From Mycobacterium sp. (GTDB taxonomy: Bacteria; Actinomycetota; Actinomycetes; Mycobacteriales; Mycobacteriaceae), in assembly GCF_035499775.1 (NCBI RefSeq), contig NZ_DATJYB010000222.1, positions 9,502-73,501 of the forward strand: a stretch of 64,000 nt of DNA, given 5' to 3'. A program made the position numbers and the translations under genes. This document shows, piece by piece, positions 31,721 to 42,243 of this stretch. The notes beneath the pieces were generated by a model. The model searched no databases. It saw only the letters and a list, made by a program, of their open reading frames with translations, and was not told the DNA's origin. How positions within the stretch are numbered: position 1 is the first letter of the stretch; the number at the start of each line of letters is the position of its first letter.

Positions 31721-33010
31721 TCAACGGCCTCGCAGGTAGTCGACCGGGCACGGTCCTTCGGCCCGCGCCACGCCGCCGATCTGGGCCGGGACCGGCTGTG
31801 GATGCGACGTCCAGCCCGGCGTGAGCTGGTAGCTGCGCAGCAGGTGCGTCGTCGCCGCCGTCATGGCCGCCAGCGAGAACGGCTGGGCCGGGCAGGAGTG
31901 GCGTCCGTGGCCGAAGGCCGTCACCAGCATGGGTGACGGCAGCGCGTTCTGGTTGGTCAGACGGTGGCGGGTCCAGCGATCGGGATCCCAGTGCTCCAGA
32001 CCCGGCGCCGCCGAGGTGTTGAGCAGGGGCAGCAACGTCGCGATGATCCAGCCCGGCGGTACCTGGTAGGTCACGTCGCCGGTGTCGAGGCTGACCGGCG
32101 ACAACACGGCGCGGGTCATGATCGAACGCTGCGCCAGACGCGTCGATTCCAGCGCGCAGCGCTGGGCAAAATCACTGTCGCCATTGCCAATTCGCGCCGA
32201 CGCCGAAGGATGCTCGAGCAGGTCGACCAGCGCCCAGCCAAGCGCCGCCGGCAGATTCGACATGGACGCGACGTGGATCAGCGCGATGTCGAGCGCGATG
32301 CCGCGTGGCTGCTCGCTGCGCTCCCTGTCCGACCACAGGTCCACGATCCTGCCGAACAGACCGTGGCCGTCGGTGTCACCGGCGTTGTATGCGCACACCG
32401 CGTCGGCGATGACGTCGACGACCTCGTCGAGCGCGGCCCGCTCGGCGCGTTTTTCCGTCGCGGCCACCGCCGCCATCCGGTCCGGGTGAACGAACGCATC
32501 GGAGCCGTCCAGTGTGTCGAAGGCACGCACGAGGCGCTCGAAGGCCTCACCCTCGGCCGACCCAGGGCCCGCCCACGAGGCCAACCCCATGCGGTGGGCG
32601 ATCCGTCGGGCGAGGTCGAAGGCGTCCGCCGTTCCGCGCGGTCCCAATTCGGCGCTGGTCTGTTCGAGCGCCCGGTCTAGGTTGGCCAGGTAGACGGCCA
32701 CGTCGTCGCGCCGAAACAGCATGCTGGGCAACACAAGACGCCCGCGGAAGACGTCGTCGGGCAACTTGCGGCGCAACATGAGATAGTCCGCGACGCCCTT
32801 GCTGGCCAGATCCTCGTCGAGCGCATAGAACGATTCGACGCCGGTGAGGGAGAAGGTGAACAGATAGCGGTCCGCACCGCTCTCCACCACGAACGTGTCG
32901 CCGTATCGGGCACGGGCCTCGGCGATAACGCTGACGGCGTCGCCGACTGCGACATCCCAGGGCAGGCCGGTGCCCTGCGCGACCGGCGGAGCGGGGACCG
33001 GATAGGGCAC
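31721..33010 (-). CDS. Cytochrome P450
   Basis: The 429-aa ORF has the heme-binding loop FGHGRHSCPAQ near the C-terminus. It starts at GTG, 3 nt downstream of the previous stop. Confidence 0.85.
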   Translation of the reverse strand: MPYPVPAPPVAQGTGLPWDVAVGDAVSVIAEARARYGDTFVVESGADRYLFTFSLTGVESFYALDEDLASKGVADYLMLRRKLPDDVFRGRLVLPSMLFRRDDVAVYLANLDRALEQTSAELGPRGTADAFDLARRIAHRMGLASWAGPGSAEGEAFERLVRAFDTLDGSDAFVHPDRMAAVAATEKRAERAALDEVVDVIADAVCAYNAGDTDGHGLFGRIVDLWSDRERSEQPRGIALDIALIHVASMSNLPAALGWALVDLLEHPSASARIGNGDSDFAQRCALESTRLAQRSIMTRAVLSPVSLDTGDVTYQVPPGWIIATLLPLLNTSAAPGLEHWDPDRWTRHRLTNQNALPSPMLVTAFGHGRHSCPAQPFSLAAMTAATTHLLRSYQLTPGWTSHPQPVPAQIGGVARAEGPCPVDYLRGR

Positions 33011-33013
33011 GAC

Positions 33014-33403
33014 CTAACGCACAGACCGGTTGCGCAGCCTGTCCATCACGCCGCGCACCGCGTGCTCGGTCACCGACAGCGGGGACATCACCGTCTCGCC
33101 CAGGCTCACGATGTAGTCGATCCGCTCGACGATGGCTTCCACCGGCTCGACGAGAACGATGAGCCGCTTGGCTAGATCGTCCAGGCTGGACAGCGTGCCT
33201 TCCAGATGATCCAGTCCGCCCTCCAACCGGGCCACCGTGGCGTTCAAGGCCGACAGCGAACTGTTCAGCTCGTTCATCGTGGTGCTGAGCCCGTCCAGCA
33301 CGTCTTCGACCTGCTCGACCGTCTTGTCCGCGTTCAACGCGGCTTGGGTGAGGGTCTTCATTCGGCTCCGCGCAGGCGCTGGGCGGTCGCTTCTGTCTGC
33401 CAT
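33014..33403 (-). CDS. Hypothetical coiled-coil protein
   Basis: I call 129 aa starting at MADRSDRP. Heptad-like Leu/Val periodicity is visible (LNSSLSALNATVARLEGGLDHLEGTLSSLDDLAKRL). Alternative starts are 33361 (ATG) and 33466 (GTG). Confidence 0.5.
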   Translation of the reverse strand: MADRSDRPAPARSRMKTLTQAALNADKTVEQVEDVLDGLSTTMNELNSSLSALNATVARLEGGLDHLEGTLSSLDDLAKRLIVLVEPVEAIVERIDYIVSLGETVMSPLSVTEHAVRGVMDRLRNRSVR

Positions 33404-33497
33404 GACGGTCATTATTGCTTTGCCGCCGAGCGTCACGCCAGAGCGACCCCCGACGGCGAGCGTCACGCCAGAGTGACTTTCGAGGGCGAAGGCGGGG

Positions 33498-34241
33498 CTA
33501 GCCAGGAAGCTCGGCCGCGGCCTCCTTGTCGAGCAGCCACAGCGTGGTCTGCAACCCGATGCCGCCGGCCGCAGGTATCGAGACTGGGTCCGCGCCGCCG
33601 ATGGCAGCGGCCACCGCCTCCGCTTTCGCCCCGCCGGACACCATCAGCCAGACCTCGCATGAGCGCTGAATAGCGGGCAATGTCAAGGTGATTCGTTGCG
33701 GCGGCGGTTTCGGGGAGTCTTCGACCGCGACCACCATGCGGGTGGTCTCGCGCACCGCCGGGGTGTCGGGGAACAGCGAGTTGACGTGGCCTTCGGGCCC
33801 CATTCCCAGCAGGTGAACGTCGAAATTCGGCACCGGCTGACCCGGTTCGGCGTTGGCGGCCAAGACCTGTTCATAGGCCAATGCCGCGGCGGCCAGGTCG
33901 CTGCCGAACTCACCGTCGCTGGCCGGCATCGTGTGCACGTTGCTCGACGGGATGTCGACGTGATCGAGCAGGGCTTCGCGTGCCTGCTTGTCATTGCGCT
34001 CGTCGTCGTCCTCGGGAACGTAGCGGTCGTCGCCCCAGAACAGATGCACCCTGGACCAGTCGATCTGCTGCTTGTGCGTGCTCAGATGGCGCAGCAGGGC
34101 GATGCCGTTGCCGCCGCCGGTCAACACGATCAGCGCCCGCCCCCGAGCCGCAACGGCGCCCATGATGGCGTCGATCAGTCGGTTGCCGGCGGCTTCGACG
34201 AGGGTTGCGCTGTCCGGGAAGACCTCTACGACGGTGCTCAT
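33498..34241 (-). CDS. pgl: 6-phosphogluconolactonase
   Basis: I call 247 aa starting at [10 protein letters not shown]. The protein contains LTGGGNG and [10 protein letters not shown] motifs. The ORF-track N-terminal extension overlaps opcA in another frame and is rejected. Confidence 0.9.
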   Translation of the reverse strand: MSTVVEVFPDSATLVEAAGNRLIDAIMGAVAARGRALIVLTGGGNGIALLRHLSTHKQQIDWSRVHLFWGDDRYVPEDDDERNDKQAREALLDHVDIPSSNVHTMPASDGEFGSDLAAAALAYEQVLAANAEPGQPVPNFDVHLLGMGPEGHVNSLFPDTPAVRETTRMVVAVEDSPKPPPQRITLTLPAIQRSCEVWLMVSGGAKAEAVAAAIGGADPVSIPAAGGIGLQTTLWLLDKEAAAELPG

Positions 34242-35149
34242 ACGTACTGCACCTTCTCGATGCCTTCCAGCGCCGTGAAGTAGATCTCGTCGGGATCCAA
34301 CCGGCGCAGGTCCTCGGCCAGGCACTCCCCGGTTACCCTGCGCGCCAACGGAACCAGCGCATCCGGGCGGGCTGTCCGGCTGAGCGTGGCAGTCACGCCG
34401 TGTTGGGGCCGGCTCAGCACGATGGTCTCGCTCTTGCGCACCAGCTCGACCTTCAGGTCGCCGACGGCTCGGCGCACCGGACCGTCGATCCGCCCGGCCA
34501 GCCAGCCGGCGAGGATATCGAGCGACGGCTCGGTCTTCAACCCGGAGACCAGGGCCGACTCGATCGGCTCGCGCGGCGGCAGGTCGACCGCGGCGGTCAG
34601 CAGCGCCCGCCAGTAGGTGATGCGGCTCCAGGCCAGGTCGGTGTCGCCGGCAGTGTATCCGGGCAGCCGGCTCTTTATGGCCGACAACGGGTCGACTCCG
34701 TTGGTGGCGTCGGTGATCCGCCGAATTGCCAACTTGCCCAACGGATCCTGGGCAGGAACCGCCGGGGCGATGTCGGGCCACCAGGCAACCACCGGGATGT
34801 CGGGGAGCAAGAACGGAATCACCACGCTCTCGGCGTGGTTGGACAGGGCCCCGGACAACCACAACACCACGACCTCTCCGGCGCCCGCGTCGCCACCCAA
34901 CCGCAGTTGGGCATCCAACCGTGGGTTGTCGGCGTAGGGATCGCCCCTCATCGTGACGATGATCCGGCTGGGGTGCTCGTGGCTGGCGGCGTTGGCCGCT
35001 TCGATGGATTCCTCGAACACGGCTTCGCTGTCCGGAGCAATGATCAGCGTCAGCACCCGGCCCATGGTGACGACGCCGGCCTTCTCGCGCAGCTCGTCTA
35101 GCTTCTTGTTGACCGCCGTCGTGGTGGTTTCAGGCAGTTCGATGATCAT
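34238..35149 (-). CDS. opcA: Glucose-6-phosphate dehydrogenase assembly protein OpcA
   Basis: I call 303 aa starting at [22 protein letters not shown]. There are ATGA overlaps with the zwf stop (35146-35149) and the pgl start (34238-34241). Confidence 0.9.
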   Translation of the reverse strand: MIIELPETTTTAVNKKLDELREKAGVVTMGRVLTLIIAPDSEAVFEESIEAANAASHEHPSRIIVTMRGDPYADNPRLDAQLRLGGDAGAGEVVVLWLSGALSNHAESVVIPFLLPDIPVVAWWPDIAPAVPAQDPLGKLAIRRITDATNGVDPLSAIKSRLPGYTAGDTDLAWSRITYWRALLTAAVDLPPREPIESALVSGLKTEPSLDILAGWLAGRIDGPVRRAVGDLKVELVRKSETIVLSRPQHGVTATLSRTARPDALVPLARRVTGECLAEDLRRLDPDEIYFTALEGIEKVQYV

Positions 35150-36699
35150 GGTCGCCGCCATTCCCGGCCGGTGCGGCGCAGCATCTCAAAGGCTGACTCC
35201 GGGCCCCAGGTTCCCGCCTCATACGGGTCTGGCGTACCGTGTGCCGCCCAGTTGTCGAGGACGGGATCGAGTATCTCCCAGGCCAATTCGACCTCCTCGT
35301 TGACCGGAAACAGGGACGGCTCACCGAGGAGGACATCGAGGATCAGCCGCTCATAGGCCTCCGGCGACTCCTCGGCGAACGCCGAGCCGTAGGAGAAGTC
35401 CATGTTGACATCGCGGACCTCCATCGCGGTGCCCGGAACCTTGGATCCGAACCGCAAGGTGATGCCCTCGTCCGGCTGCACCCGGATCACCATCGCGTTG
35501 GTGCCCAGCTCGTCGGTCATGCTGGCGTCGAACGGCAGGTGCGGCGCCCGCTTGAAGACCAGCGCGATCTCGGTTACCCTGCGGCCCAGGCGTTTTCCAG
35601 TCCGCAGGTAGAACGGCACGCCGGCCCAGCGCCGGGTGTCGACTTCGAGGGTGATGGCAGCAAACGTCTCGGTGGTGGACTCCTTGGAGAAGCCCTCCTC
35701 GTCGAGCAGCCCGACCACTTTCTCCCCGCCCTGCCAGCCGGCGGCGTACTGGCCGCGACTGGTGGTCTCGTCGAGCGGCTCCGCGAGTTGCGTCGCCGAG
35801 AGCACCTTGATCTTCTCGACCTGCAGCGCTCGCGGTTTGAAGCTGACCGGCTCTTCCATCGCGGTCAGCGCCAGCAGCTGCATCAGGTGGTTCTGGATGA
35901 CGTCGCGGGCTGCGCCGATGCCGTCGTAATAGCCTGCGCGTCCACCCAATCCGATGTCCTCGGCCATGGTGATCTGCACGTGGTCGACGTAGTGCGCATT
36001 CCAGATCGGGTCGAACAGCTGGTTGGCGAAGCGCAGCGCCAGGATGTTCTGCACCGTCTCCTTGCCCAGGTAGTGGTCGATGCGGAAGACCGCCTCCTCC
36101 GGGAAGACGGCGTTGACCGTCTTGTTGAGGTCCTTGGCGCTGGCCAAGTCGTGACCGAACGGCTTCTCGATAACGACTCGAGCCCACCTGTCCTCACGCG
36201 GCCGGGCCAGCCCGGACTTGTGCAGTTTTTCGCACACCAAGGGGAAGGACTTCGGTGGGATCGCCAGGTAGAAGGCGTGATTGCCGCCGGTGCCGCGCTC
36301 GGCGTCCAGCTTGTCCAACGTCTCGGCAAGGTGGCCGAATGCCTCGTCGTCGTCGAAAGATCCTGGTACGAAACGGAATCCTTCGGCCAAGCGGTCCCAG
36401 TTTTCCTGCCGGAACGGGGTCCGGCAGTGCTCTTTGACCGCCTTGTACACCACATCGCCGAAATCCTGGGTGGTCCAGTCCCGGCGGGCGAATCCCACCA
36501 GCGAGAACGACGGCGGCAGCAGCCCACGATTGGCCAGATCGTACACGGCCGGCATCACCTTTTTGCGGGCCAGGTCACCGGTGACGCCGAAAATCACCAT
36601 GCCGCAGGGGCCGGCGATTCTGGGCAGTCGCTTGTCCCGCTTGTCGCGCAGAGGATTACGCCACTGTGCTGCATCCGCCGCGCTGCGGGCTGGGCTCAT
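35146..36699 (-). CDS. zwf: Glucose-6-phosphate 1-dehydrogenase
   Basis: The 517-aa ORF has [10 protein letters not shown] and RIDHYLGKE motifs. Confidence 0.95.
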   Translation of the reverse strand: MSPARSAADAAQWRNPLRDKRDKRLPRIAGPCGMVIFGVTGDLARKKVMPAVYDLANRGLLPPSFSLVGFARRDWTTQDFGDVVYKAVKEHCRTPFRQENWDRLAEGFRFVPGSFDDDEAFGHLAETLDKLDAERGTGGNHAFYLAIPPKSFPLVCEKLHKSGLARPREDRWARVVIEKPFGHDLASAKDLNKTVNAVFPEEAVFRIDHYLGKETVQNILALRFANQLFDPIWNAHYVDHVQITMAEDIGLGGRAGYYDGIGAARDVIQNHLMQLLALTAMEEPVSFKPRALQVEKIKVLSATQLAEPLDETTSRGQYAAGWQGGEKVVGLLDEEGFSKESTTETFAAITLEVDTRRWAGVPFYLRTGKRLGRRVTEIALVFKRAPHLPFDASMTDELGTNAMVIRVQPDEGITLRFGSKVPGTAMEVRDVNMDFSYGSAFAEESPEAYERLILDVLLGEPSLFPVNEEVELAWEILDPVLDNWAAHGTPDPYEAGTWGPESAFEMLRRTGREWRRP

Positions 36700-37817
36700 T
36701 TGCCGGCGGAGCTCAGCTGGGTCTGCGTCTCGTCGAGCAGCTGCTGCCAGGATTCCACGAACTTCTCGACGCCTTCGTCTTCGAGTACGACGAACACGTC
36801 GGTCAGGTCGATCCCGACCGCCGCCAACTTGTCGAACACCTCCTGGGCGGCCGGACCGGTGCCGCTGACCGTGTCACCGGTAATAACGCCGTGATCCGCG
36901 ACCGCGTCAATCGTCGTCTCCGGCATGGTGTTCACCGTGTGTGGGGCGACCAGCTCGGTGACGTAGAGGGTGTCGGAGTAGTCGGGGTTCTTGACGCCGG
37001 TGGAAGCCCACAGCGGTCGCTGCACCCGGGCTCCGTCACTCTTGAGCGCCGCGAAGCGTTCGCCGCCGTCGAAGACCTCCTGGTACGCGGCGTAGGCCAG
37101 CCGGGCGTTGGCGACACCAGCCTGGCCGCGCAGCGCGAGCGCATCCTCGGAAGCGATCTTCTCCAGCCTCTTGTCGATCTCGGTGTCCACCCGGGAGACG
37201 AAAAACGAAGCCACCGAATGGATCTTGGACACGTCGTGGCCGGCCTCGCGGGCCTTCTCCAGCCCGGCCAGGTAGGCATCCATCACCGCGCGGTGCCGCT
37301 CCACCGAGAAGATCAGCGTCACGTTCACCGAAATCCCTTCCGCCAGAACGGCGGTGATAGCCGGCAGGCCCGCCTTGGTGGCCGGGATCTTGATCAACAG
37401 GTTCGGCCGGTCGACGATCTTCCACAGCTCGATGGCCTGTTGGACGGTCTTGTCGGTTTCGTTGGCCAGCCGCGGGTCGACCTCGATGGACACTCGGCCG
37501 TCGACGCCGTCCGAGTTCTCCCACTGGGGCCTCAGCACGTCGCACGCATTGCGCACGTCGTCGGTGGTGACGGTACGGATGGTGGCATCGACGTCGGCGC
37601 CGCGCTCGGCCAGCTCGGCGATCTGGGCGTCGTAGGAGTCGCCTTCGGCGAATGCCTTCTGGAAAATGGATGGGTTGGTGGTGACGCCGACGACACTCTT
37701 GGTGTCGATCAGCTCCTGCAGGTTGCCCGATTGCAACCGGTTGCGCGACAAGTCATCTAGCCACACCGATACTCCCGCGGCGCTCAATGCCGCGAGGTTG
37801 GCGTTTTGAGTGGTCAT
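36696..37817 (-). CDS. tal: Transaldolase
   Basis: The 373-aa actinobacterial long-form transaldolase overlaps zwf by ATGA. Confidence 0.95.
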   Translation of the reverse strand: MTTQNANLAALSAAGVSVWLDDLSRNRLQSGNLQELIDTKSVVGVTTNPSIFQKAFAEGDSYDAQIAELAERGADVDATIRTVTTDDVRNACDVLRPQWENSDGVDGRVSIEVDPRLANETDKTVQQAIELWKIVDRPNLLIKIPATKAGLPAITAVLAEGISVNVTLIFSVERHRAVMDAYLAGLEKAREAGHDVSKIHSVASFFVSRVDTEIDKRLEKIASEDALALRGQAGVANARLAYAAYQEVFDGGERFAALKSDGARVQRPLWASTGVKNPDYSDTLYVTELVAPHTVNTMPETTIDAVADHGVITGDTVSGTGPAAQEVFDKLAAVGIDLTDVFVVLEDEGVEKFVESWQQLLDETQTQLSSAGK

Positions 37818-37832
37818 CTGAACTACCCTTTC

Positions 37833-39923
37833 TCAGTTATCCACTACTTGTTCCGCGGCATCAGCGACGGCCTCCGCAGTGAAGCCGTACTCACGGAACA
37901 AAGTCTTGTAGTCCGCGGACTCTCCGTAATGCTCGATGGAAACGATCTTTCCAGTGTCCCCGACCAGCTTGTGCCAGCATTGCGCGACGCCGGCCTCGAC
38001 GGCGACCCGAGCCGATACCGACGGCGGCAGCACGCTGTCGCGGTATTGGTAGGGCTGCGACTCGAACCACTCCACACACGGCATGGACACCACCCGGGCG
38101 ACGATGTCCTTGTCCGCCAACAACTTCTGCGCTTCGACCGCCAGCTGGAGCTCGGAGCCGGTGGCGATCAGCACCACGTCCGGTTCTTCGCCGCCGTCGT
38201 CACCCAGGATGTAGCCGCCGCGGGCCACGCCCTCGGCGTTGGTGCCTTCCAGCACCGGCAGGCCCTGCCGGGTCAGGATCAGGCCGACCGGTCCGCTGCC
38301 GTTGCCCCGTTCGAGGATCGTGCGCCAGGCGTACGCGGTCTCGTTGGCGTCGCCCGGGCGCACCACCGACAGCCGTGGGATCGCGCGCAGCGCCGAAAGA
38401 TGCTCGATCGGCTGGTGGGTCGGGCCGTCTTCCCCCAGCCCGATCGAATCGTGCGTCCACACGTAGATGGTGTCGATGTCCATCAGTGAGGCCAGTCGCA
38501 CCGCCGGACGCATGTAATCGGAGAACTGCAGGAACGTGCCGCCGTACGCGCGGGTCGGGCCATGCAACACGATGCCGGACAGGATGGAGCCCATGGCGTG
38601 TTCGCGCACACCGAAATGCAGCGTGCGGCCGTACCAGTGCGCGGTGTAGTCCTTGGTCGAAATCGACGGCGGCCCAAAGGAGTCGACGCCCTTCATGGTG
38701 GTGTTGTTGCTGCCGGCCAGGTCGGCCGAGCCGCCCCACAGCTCGGGCAGCTTCGGGCCTACCGCCGACAGCACCTCGCCGGAGGCGGCCCGGGTGGCCA
38801 GCGCCTTGGACCCGGGTTCCCAGTGCGGCATTTCGGCGTCCCAGCCGTCGGGCAGCTGCCCGACGATCAACCGGTCCAGCAGCGCCTTGCGTTCGGGTTC
38901 GCGCGCTGCCCAGGCCTCGAACTGAGGCTGCCAGCGGTCGTGGGCCTCTTTGCCCCGCGCCACCAGCCCGCGGGTGTGGGTGATGACGTCCTCGCGTACC
39001 TCGAAGGTCTTGTCGGGGTCGAAGCCGAGGATCCTCTTGACGGCGGCCACCTCTTCGTCGCCGAGAGCCGCGCCGTGCGCCTTGCCGGTGTTCATCAACT
39101 TCGGTGCCGGATAGCCGATGATGGTGCGCAGCGAGATGAACGACGGCCGGTCGGTGGCGGCCTTCGCGTTGGCGATGGCCTCCTCGATACCGACGACGTT
39201 CTCGCCGCCCTCCACCTCTTGCACGTGCCAGCCGTAGGCGCGGTAGCGGGCGGCGGTGTCCTCGCACAGCGCGATGTTGGTGTCGTCCTCGATGGAGATC
39301 TGGTTGTGGTCGTAGAACACGATGAGATTGCCCAGCTGCTGGACGGCGGCCAGCGACGACGCCTCCGACGTCACCCCCTCCTCGATGTCGCCGTCGGAGG
39401 CGATCACGTAGATGTGGTGGTCGAACGGGCTGGTTCCCGGCTCGGCGTCGGGGTCGAACAGCCCGCGCTCGTAACGCGCGGCCATCGCCATCCCGACCGC
39501 CGACGCCAGACCCTGGCCCAGCGGGCCGGTGGTGATCTCAACACCCTTGGTGTGCCTGAACTCCGGGTGCCCGGGGGTCTTGGATCCCCAAGTGCGCAGC
39601 GCCTCGATGTCGGACAGCTCCAGGCCGAACCCGCCGAGATAGAGCTGCAGGTACAGGGTCAGGCTGCTGTGGCCGCAAGACAGCACGAACCGGTCGCGGC
39701 CCAGCCAGTGGGTGTCGCTGGGGTCGTGTCGCATCGTGCGCTGGAACAGGGTGTAGGCCAGCGGGGCCAGGCTCATCGCCGTGCCGGGGTGGCCGTTGCC
39801 GACCTTTTGTACCGCGTCAGCGGCCAACACCCTGATGGTGTCGACCGCAGCCGAATCGATCTCGGTCCAGTCGTCGGGGTGGCGGGGTTGGGTGAGCGTC
39901 GAGATCTCTTCGAGTGTGGTCAC
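37833..39923 (-). CDS. tkt: Transketolase
   Basis: The 696-aa ORF has GHPG and THDSIGLGEDGPTHQP motifs. Confidence 0.95.
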   Translation of the reverse strand: MTTLEEISTLTQPRHPDDWTEIDSAAVDTIRVLAADAVQKVGNGHPGTAMSLAPLAYTLFQRTMRHDPSDTHWLGRDRFVLSCGHSSLTLYLQLYLGGFGLELSDIEALRTWGSKTPGHPEFRHTKGVEITTGPLGQGLASAVGMAMAARYERGLFDPDAEPGTSPFDHHIYVIASDGDIEEGVTSEASSLAAVQQLGNLIVFYDHNQISIEDDTNIALCEDTAARYRAYGWHVQEVEGGENVVGIEEAIANAKAATDRPSFISLRTIIGYPAPKLMNTGKAHGAALGDEEVAAVKRILGFDPDKTFEVREDVITHTRGLVARGKEAHDRWQPQFEAWAAREPERKALLDRLIVGQLPDGWDAEMPHWEPGSKALATRAASGEVLSAVGPKLPELWGGSADLAGSNNTTMKGVDSFGPPSISTKDYTAHWYGRTLHFGVREHAMGSILSGIVLHGPTRAYGGTFLQFSDYMRPAVRLASLMDIDTIYVWTHDSIGLGEDGPTHQPIEHLSALRAIPRLSVVRPGDANETAYAWRTILERGNGSGPVGLILTRQGLPVLEGTNAEGVARGGYILGDDGGEEPDVVLIATGSELQLAVEAQKLLADKDIVARVVSMPCVEWFESQPYQYRDSVLPPSVSARVAVEAGVAQCWHKLVGDTGKIVSIEHYGESADYKTLFREYGFTAEAVADAAEQVVDN

Positions 39924-40203
39924 AGAGCAGTCCTTGGGTCAGTCCGTGGATGCGTGAAGCTGATCAATCCTCAACCCTAGTGCCGGAGTGCCGGCTATTG
40001 CAGTGCAGGATTTGGGGTACCCTCCGCGGCGCTGAAAAATCCGTTGTGAAAATTACGCGCCGGGCGGTTACTCTGTGCGATCTATTCGGTATTCCGGGAA
40101 AAATCTGGGTGAATAGACCCGCGGCGCGGCGACGGTGGGCATGCTGTCTACCATCGTGTGTAGTAGAAGCTGCGCGCTGCTGCGACCCCGAGGAGTTAAA
40201 GCG

Positions 40204-41175
40204 TTGAGCGTTCGCGGGCGCGTTGCGCCAGGCCGGTCCGGAGGCACCGGCCGGCGTCGATTCGGGTCGGATAGCGGCGTGCGGAAAAATCGGGCTCTCA
40301 GCACGGTTTTGGCTTACCTGGCGTTGACCAAGCCGCGGGTCATCGAGCTGCTGTTGGTCACGGCGATACCGGCGATGCTGCTCGCCCATCGGGGCCAGGT
40401 GAACCCGCTGCTCATCCTCGACACGTTGATCGGCGGCATGATGGCCGCAGGCGGCGCCAACACGCTCAACTGTGTGGCCGACGCCGATATCGACAAGGTG
40501 ATGAAGCGGACCGCGCGGCGGCCGTTGGCCCGCGAGGCGGTGTCCCGGCGAAATGCTCTGGTGCTCGGGCTGGTTTTGAGCGTCGGCTCGTTCTTCTGGC
40601 TGTGGTGGACCACCAATCTGCTGTCCGGCCTGCTGGCGCTGGCGACCATCGCGTTCTACGTGTTCGTCTACACGCTGCTGCTCAAGCGCCGCACGTCGCA
40701 AAACGTGGTGTGGGGCGGTGCGGCCGGCTGCATGCCGGTGATGATCGGTTGGTCGGCGGTCACCGGCACCATCGGCTGGCCGGCGCTGGCGATGTTCGCG
40801 ATCATCTTCTTCTGGACCCCACCGCACACCTGGGCCCTGGCGATGCGGTACAAGGACGACTACAAAGCCGCCGGCGTCCCGATGCTTCCGGCGGTTGCCA
40901 CCGAGCGGCAAGTCACCAAGCAGATTCTGATCTACACCTGGCTGACGGTGCTGGCCACGATGGTGCTGGCGCTGGCGACGGGCTGGCTGTACGCCGCGGT
41001 CGCACTGGTGGCTGGGGTGTGGTTCCTGGCCATGGCGCATCAGTTGTACGCCGGGGTCCGCGCGGGCGAGCCGGTCAAGCCGCTGCGGCTGTTCCTGCAG
41101 TCGAACAACTACCTGGCGTTGGTGTTCTGCGCGCTGGCGGTCGACTCGGTGATCGCGCTGCCGACCCTGCTGTGA
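40204..41175 (+). CDS. ctaB: Protoheme IX farnesyltransferase (heme O synthase)
   Basis: It has the UbiA-family motif [21 protein letters not shown] chose the TTG 40204 start (SVRGRVAP...) by resemblance to M. tuberculosis CtaB. The ORF track allows 40135. Confidence 0.9.
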   Translation: MSVRGRVAPGRSGGTGRRRFGSDSGVRKNRALSTVLAYLALTKPRVIELLLVTAIPAMLLAHRGQVNPLLILDTLIGGMMAAGGANTLNCVADADIDKVMKRTARRPLAREAVSRRNALVLGLVLSVGSFFWLWWTTNLLSGLLALATIAFYVFVYTLLLKRRTSQNVVWGGAAGCMPVMIGWSAVTGTIGWPALAMFAIIFFWTPPHTWALAMRYKDDYKAAGVPMLPAVATERQVTKQILIYTWLTVLATMVLALATGWLYAAVALVAGVWFLAMAHQLYAGVRAGEPVKPLRLFLQSNNYLALVFCALAVDSVIALPTLL

Positions 41176-41233
41176 CGAGCAGTCGCAAAAGCACCCATTT
41201 CGGGCCGAAAATGGGTGCTTTTGCGTCTGCTCG
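41176..41233. terminator. Long stem-loop (24/25-bp stem, 8-nt loop) between convergent ctaB and qor; probable bidirectional terminator
   Basis: CGAGCAGTCGCAAAAGCACCCATTT pairs with AAATGGGTGCTTTTGCGTCTGCTCG around the loop cgggccga, with one mismatch. The stem starts 1 nt after the ctaB stop and ends 10 nt before the qor stop. There is no U-tract. Confidence 0.6.
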
Positions 41234-41243
41234 CCAGTGAAAC

Positions 41244-42224
41244 TTAAGGCAGCAGCACGATCGAGCCGGTGGTCTTCCGGCCCTGCAGATCCCGATGGGC
41301 GCGCGCCGCGTCGGCCAGCGGATAGCGTCCGCCGACTTCGGCGGTGACTGCACCGCTGCCGATCACGTCGAACAGTTCCCCGGCCCGCCAGGTGAATTCC
41401 TCGCCGGTGCGGATGAAATGGGCCAGCGAGGGCCGGGTCAGATACACCGAGCCGGCGTAGTTGAGGCGTTGCGGATCGAACGGCGGCACGGGTCCGCTGG
41501 CGGCGCCGAACAGTGCCAGCGTCCCGCGCACGGCCAGGCTGGCCAGGCTGGCGTCGAACGTGGTGGCGCCGACGCCGTCGTACACCGCGGCCACCCCGGC
41601 ACCGCCGGTCAGTGCCCGCACCTGATCGCCGAACTGGGCGGCGTCGGCTGGGTAGGGCAGTACCTCTGCGGCGCCGGCCTGCCGGGACAGTCGCTCCTTG
41701 TCCGAAGTCGACACGGTGGTGATCACTCGCGCACCCAGGTAGGTGGCCCACTGCGTCAGGATCAGCCCGACCCCGCCCGCCCCGGCGTGCACCAGCACGG
41801 CGTCGCCGCTTTGCACCGGATACACCGACTTGAGCAGGTAGTGCGCAGTCAGGCCCTTGAGCAGTACCGAGGCCGCCACGTCGGAGGCCACGCTGTCGGG
41901 CACCTTCGCGGTCAAAAACGCCGGGGCAACGCAGAATTCGGCGTAGCCGCCGTTCGCCGACGCGCTGACCACCCGGTCGCCGACGGCCAGGCCGGCTGTG
42001 TCGGCCCCCTCTCCCACAGCGACGACGGTGCCGCACACCTCCGAGCCGATGACGAACGGCAACGGGCGCGGGTACTGGCCCGAGCGGAAGTAGGTGTCGA
42101 TGAAGTTGACGCCGACGGCGTCGGCCTTGATCAACAGCTCGCCATGGCCGGGGGTGGGTTGGGGGACGTCGACGTAGCGTAGGACATCGGGGCCGCCGGT
42201 TTCGGTGACTTGGATCGCATACAT
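41244..42224 (-). CDS. qor: NADPH:quinone oxidoreductase (zeta-crystallin family)
   Basis: I call 326 aa starting at MYAIQVTETGGPDVL. It is an MDR-family protein with the VLVHAGAGGVG nucleotide-binding motif. Confidence 0.85.
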   Translation of the reverse strand: MYAIQVTETGGPDVLRYVDVPQPTPGHGELLIKADAVGVNFIDTYFRSGQYPRPLPFVIGSEVCGTVVAVGEGADTAGLAVGDRVVSASANGGYAEFCVAPAFLTAKVPDSVASDVAASVLLKGLTAHYLLKSVYPVQSGDAVLVHAGAGGVGLILTQWATYLGARVITTVSTSDKERLSRQAGAAEVLPYPADAAQFGDQVRALTGGAGVAAVYDGVGATTFDASLASLAVRGTLALFGAASGPVPPFDPQRLNYAGSVYLTRPSLAHFIRTGEEFTWRAGELFDVIGSGAVTAEVGGRYPLADAARAHRDLQGRKTTGSIVLLP

Positions 42225-42243
42225 GTGGTTATCTTGCCCTGCC

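Noticed and set aside
33498-34862. A 454-aa version of the pgl ORF, and the 383-aa version of the acyltransferase ORF (15039..16190).
   Set aside because: The N-terminal extensions overlap upstream genes (opcA and the PucR regulator region) and are compositionally aberrant. Homology-consistent starts give 247 aa and 274 aa.
39964-42036. A 690-aa minus-strand ORF spanning ctaB and part of qor.
   Set aside because: It is antisense or off-frame to the well-supported ctaB and qor, and its translation is Arg/Gly/Pro-rich with no motifs.
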